Part shown: positions 62,801 through 64,000 of the stretch, piece after piece
Layout of the letters: each line of letters opens with the position of its first letter
Position numbering within the stretch: position 1 is the first letter of the stretch
Assembly (NCBI GenBank): GCA_965219085.1
Contig: OZ244720.1
Coordinates: forward strand, 3,040,001-3,104,000
DNA length: 64,000 nt
From: Dehalococcoidia bacterium
Lineage (GTDB): Bacteria > Chloroflexota > Dehalococcoidia > UBA2979
Direction: 5' to 3'
Program-made: the position numbers and the translations under genes
The notes under the pieces: model-generated
Seen by the model: the letters and a program-made list of their open reading frames with translations, nothing else
The model's database searches: none
What the model was told of the DNA's origin: nothing

Positions 62801-64000
62801 CGGACTACGAGGACGCGACCGACTTCGGCCCGAACAACGTCTACGACGTGACGCTGAGTGTCTCGGCCGGTGCCCACACCACGACATTGGCTGTCGCCGT
62901 CAGCGTCACGAACAGGGAAGAGCCCGGGATGCTCGCGCTGCCCGCAACGCGGCCGCAGGCCGAGGCGGACTACACCGCCACCCTCGGCGACCCCGACGGC
63001 GTGCGGTCGACGGCGTGGACGTGGGAGCGCTCGACAAGCCGCGGCGGCCCCTGGACGGCCGTCACCGGGGCCGCCGACAGCACCACGACGAGCGTCTACA
63101 CGCCCGTCGCGGGAGATATCGGCTACTACCTGCGCGCGACCGCCGCATACACCGACGGCCACGGGCCGAACAAGAGCCTCGTCGCCGTGTCCACCAACTC
63201 GGTCCTGGCAGCCCCCGTCGTCAACAACCCGCCGACGTTCACGGAGGCGAACCCGACCCGCAGCATCGCCGAGAACGCACGGGCGGATGCCCCGGTCGGG
63301 GAACGCGTCACCGCCAGCGATCCCGACCCGGGCAACACGGTGGGGTACGAGCTCGAGCCCGCATCGGATCTGTTCACGATCGACGGCGCCAGTGGCCAGA
63401 TCCGGGTGAAGGAGGCAGCATCGCTCGACCACGAGACGGCGCCCTCGCACACGGTCACCGTCAAGGCCAGCGACAGCTCCAATGCGTTCGACACCGTCGA
63501 GGTCACGATCACGGTCACGGACGTGAACGAGCCGCCGGACGCCGTCGCCGATGCCCCCGGCAGTTTCGACGAGGACACCGAGATCACCATCGACGTCCTC
63601 GCCAACGACAGCGACCCCGAGCAGGACCCGAGCGAGTTGCTGCTGACGGTGGTCACCCCGCCGCTCAACGGACGCGCGAGCGTGAATGAACCCGCGAGTG
63701 CGGGCGATCGCCGCACGATTACCTACGAGCCCAACGCCGACTACCACGGCGCGGACACGTTCACCTACCGGGCCCGGGACACCGGCAGCCCGTCACTCTC
63801 GAACATCGCCACCGTCTCCGTGGAGGTGGACCCAGTGAACGACGCGCCCGCGTTCGCGTCGCAGGCCGCGACCCGCAGCGTGCCGGAGAGCGCGGAGGCC
63901 GGCGATCACGTCGGCGCGCCCGTGACGGCGACGGATGTCGACGAGAACGACACGCTCGCGTACAGCCTCTCGGGCCCCGACGTGTTTTCGTTCGTCATCG
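53875..64000 (+). CDS. Giant secreted multidomain protein (>3,370 aa, incomplete): Fn3, PPC-like, S8 peptidase + P domain, Fn3, HExxH region, spondin_N, cadherin-like, GSDH propeller, cadherin/Ig repeats
   Basis: Absent from the ORF track, consistent with no stop in the window; all sampled segments translate in one frame: signal peptide, IVD / HGTEVAG / GTSAAAP triad, HELAH, AHFSPLIG..MIAPSHDWFVG..DAGTE, PWDLAF..GHRNPQGL. Confidence 0.9.
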   Translation, partial: MRSMPRCAGLPLARGCALLAVLLSLVLESGGAGAQTSVAAPTIESITPADGSLSVAWTAPTGVTGITAYDLRHIRSDAPDKADANWTEIEDIWTAGSGDLTYTLSGLDNGVGYDVQLRTVTTTDGAWSGTSTGTPQIPGPVITSVVVGDEALTVVWTAPVVAATTAIGAYDVRYIESSAADKTDDQWTVVEDFWTSGSLYGVLAGLTNTTGYDVQVRVVAATDGAWSATATGTPAEHGGTTATATALTLGTPLGGTIDPGTDEDYFQLVLSSAATILIRTSGDLDTVGELQDSGGTELESNNDGRLPQSPKNFVIWRVASAGTYYVKVSSNDGATGAYVLHAIAIEDTTATSNAITVTPDSSTLALADHSKDTDYFKLTLAETTELVMRTSGPIHDTEIEILDNSAAQIAENDYGLLPPRTQHAAVRASLGAGTYFIKVRSQSAHNTGPYTLHVDALAEPGDATTDAVPLVLHHAEGGNIDPASDADYFRIDLSETTHVRLRAVSETVDIDGSLLDSGGQPIQANIYEETLLSGEAMAFTFRATLSAGTYYIKVNRSGGADTGPYAILLVDDANLERLLDQCSGLDTTVSDPLYGCQWNLKNTGQFGGTAGEDINVEPVWNGGNLGAGINVVIVDTYLDHRHEDLTTDQSRSHEYHTQSGSGYSTFLHGTEVAGIVAARDNSLGVRGVAPRATLIEHAGLGLSISIGPDPDKPDAMTRNMDVAAVSNNSWSGSLGPGPETAPDAWETALLTGVTEGYGAKGVFYVFSSGNEAQFGSNANLDEYINLRLVTVVCAVNDLGQRSAYSEEGANLWVCAPSDDPTRDRPGIFTTAGYSAYTDSFGGTSAAAPTVSGVAALVRAAHTSLTWRDVKLILAASARKNDASNSGWEQGALEYGSSSLRYDFNHEYGFGVVDAGAAVTLADGWTNLPPAIQATVEWDGASVVIPDLVDPNIPLGITWTMVVGPEVEFTEFVQVNLEFVEVSTGLDVPQFRELDVTLESPSGAVSVLAPAVTDGVTCSSEGSCGLEGGLRLGSARHLGENPEGAWKLRVFDRVTGSTPGTLKSWSLTVYGHRSSPAAPVIDSVTAGSESLTATWTAPSNTGASDITAYDVRSIRSDATDKSDSEWTVVDDAWTSGDFDYTISGLTGNVQYDVQVRAVNAEGDGLWSATETGTPTTDKAPTIDSLTPGDRAVTVEWTAPTNATLGTVTSYDLRYIRSDASDKADARWTVITSIWTAGSLDYTLNPTPSLVNGVSYDMQVRAVVGTDQHPWSGVRTATPRTTPGTPTIGTITGTDGSLTVEWSAPASDGGANITAYDVRHIRSDATDKSDDQWTVVDDAWTPASSTPEYTVSGLTTDVQYDVQVRAVNAAGDGLWSATGTGTPRTPPGAPEAVQVYVYVTGKLEVRWSAAASPSITGFKVQWRSGTEEWDESRSDEVDPATAHVEWWPKPDSRRYRHTLDGLTNGAEYEVRVIASNTGVDGEASAVATGTPRSDSTHAQAATFIENELVSVYEDANPWLRVAFDWIDAASTDGDPYGTSSGIEFELGSATWGLVVHSCFNSAGAKLHDSLWDRWARHCQITRMYIEWDFVHVIPLITHELAHVMTLTNRLDGSPEAPLAIAQLYFARADIGCEGWLPARELLADMLMVSVFGDAGLRVAGYIRGSYCSTDEDQVEEALGVVRTALAGEMPAWLAETYQDGEGNLDLEQLWSHIKAEGDPSPVMRDLMRGAFGGLCRSDALWNNAIRIPWRDGGCVPQAPPGLDAVATVDGVMTVSWQSPDNDGGSRISGYKVQWKSGAQDYDTSREASVTDLADLSHTIEGLSHGVDYTIRILAYNINGDGPASEVTRTAVGLEAALGTLTLAGTTLYPAFSSTTSSYAAVTGHAATQITIAATAADADATVAFLDVDGNALTDAGAADEFQVNLSVGANVIQVRVTAQDGVASTYTVTVTRADENTSLSPPASDPVAAFPSSARYTITFRGDWTTDVTPEGRPGGAHFSPLIGGVHNAGVTFLVSGEAASAGIESMAEVGQTAQLRSEVNTAIDASPATALAVISPSGNISPTGLKTVSNVELTTEFPRVTLTTMIAPSHDWFVGVSGLPLLDAQGDWLTWLRVFLYPWDAGTEEGDDFSLSPSVDTSPRGVIHSIRGTGKFTTRRIASLTFTLQSISPSFPDTETGARTIPENTASGQDIGEPLVATDPDSGDSLSYSLGGPDAGSFAIVASTGQLRTRAALDYETASSYSVAVTATDTSGLSDTIDVTITVTNVEEAGVVSLWPVQPRVGTVLRASLSDPDGGVRSVFWRWQRSSDQASWASVSGSGARYTPKSADEGMYIRARATYADGEGTGKSAEAESGQTVGAREGAPGITVVTLVSGLSIPWDLAFAPDGTMLLTERGGALKARLTGGTVQTVTADFSDLFVSGEAGLMAILVDPGFASNRRFYTCQAHTGRVVQVIAWTMNSDYTAATRVADPLVGGIPAASIHNGCRLRFGPHGFLWIATGDAASGTVPQDLSSLGGKVLRVDASTGVGAPGNPFAASARVYTHGHRNPQGLARRPGTNQMWSVEHGPTVDDEINLLTSGGNYGWDPVPGYDQSVPMTDRVKFPDAVEARWSSGDPTLATSGGIFLHGPDWEEWSGRLAVATLKTRSLRIFEFTAAGRFVSQVVVPELDGTYGRLRTPMLGRGGALYLTTSNGGGADRILKVVPSRPPAFAATTDTQEVAENNSTSAVVATVTATDPDGEQLTYTLGGRDADAFTVANPAAGGLRANVQFDHETRSSYEVVVTATDPYGLSDSVTLTVTVTNVDEPADISFVATGGVTVNNNALTVAENHDGTLATFSANDPENDQTLTYEWSVGGTDRLDFALTAAGVLSFVNVPDHERPADSGGNNVYGITVSARDSDGKTGSLALTVTVDPVNEPPAISGDARPGVEEGGTLLVGTYRASDPESATIAWQPLAGSDSEQFNFTSPNGRLEFKAAPDYEDATDFGPNNVYDVTLSVSAGAHTTTLAVAVSVTNREEPGMLALPATRPQAEADYTATLGDPDGVRSTAWTWERSTSRGGPWTAVTGAADSTTTSVYTPVAGDIGYYLRATAAYTDGHGPNKSLVAVSTNSVLAAPVVNNPPTFTEANPTRSIAENARADAPVGERVTASDPDPGNTVGYELEPASDLFTIDGASGQIRVKEAASLDHETAPSHTVTVKASDSSNAFDTVEVTITVTDVNEPPDAVADAPGSFDEDTEITIDVLANDSDPEQDPSELLLTVVTPPLNGRASVNEPASAGDRRTITYEPNADYHGADTFTYRARDTGSPSLSNIATVSVEVDPVNDAPAFASQAATRSVPESAEAGDHVGAPVTATDVDENDTLAYSLSGPDVFSFVI

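Noticed and set aside
54256-63747. Listed ORFs such as 54256-55800 - and 60787-63747 -
   Set aside because: Antisense or off-frame shadows of the single giant + strand gene

Overview
High-GC bacterial window, most likely Chloroflexota (Dehalococcoidia-like) and possibly a sponge or marine symbiont; both are inferences from gene content. 1-35.7 kb is core-like. It holds two molybdenum-hydroxylase clusters (coxG-S-L-M type with the form-II AYRGAGR motif; and FAD + 2Fe-2S + two paralogous Mo subunits + MoaD/ThiS), an MFS transporter, hflX (probable ATC start), enoyl-CoA hydratase, Uma2 nuclease, a RelE-like/UvrD helicase coupled to an ExxHGH-type PTPS, 2-oxoacid:ferredoxin oxidoreductase, Bcp, CapA, a 10-repeat lipoprotein, tandem S41 peptidases, smpB and tmRNA. 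From 35.7 kb a genomic island sits at the tmRNA 3' end. It carries a large serine recombinase reading antisense into ssrA and a decayed type I R-M locus stuffed with TA/hypothetical cassettes bounded by duplicated hsd gene termini. Next is an 8-kb stack of six IS elements (three at one CTAG site, two nested) and a >3,300-aa multidomain surface protein running off the window. The strongest signal is two IS110-family elements whose non-coding ends contain short segments matching their own target and donor junctions, i.e. readable bridge/seek RNA guides. Many single-base frameshifts between 29 and 53 kb may be decay or sequencing error.
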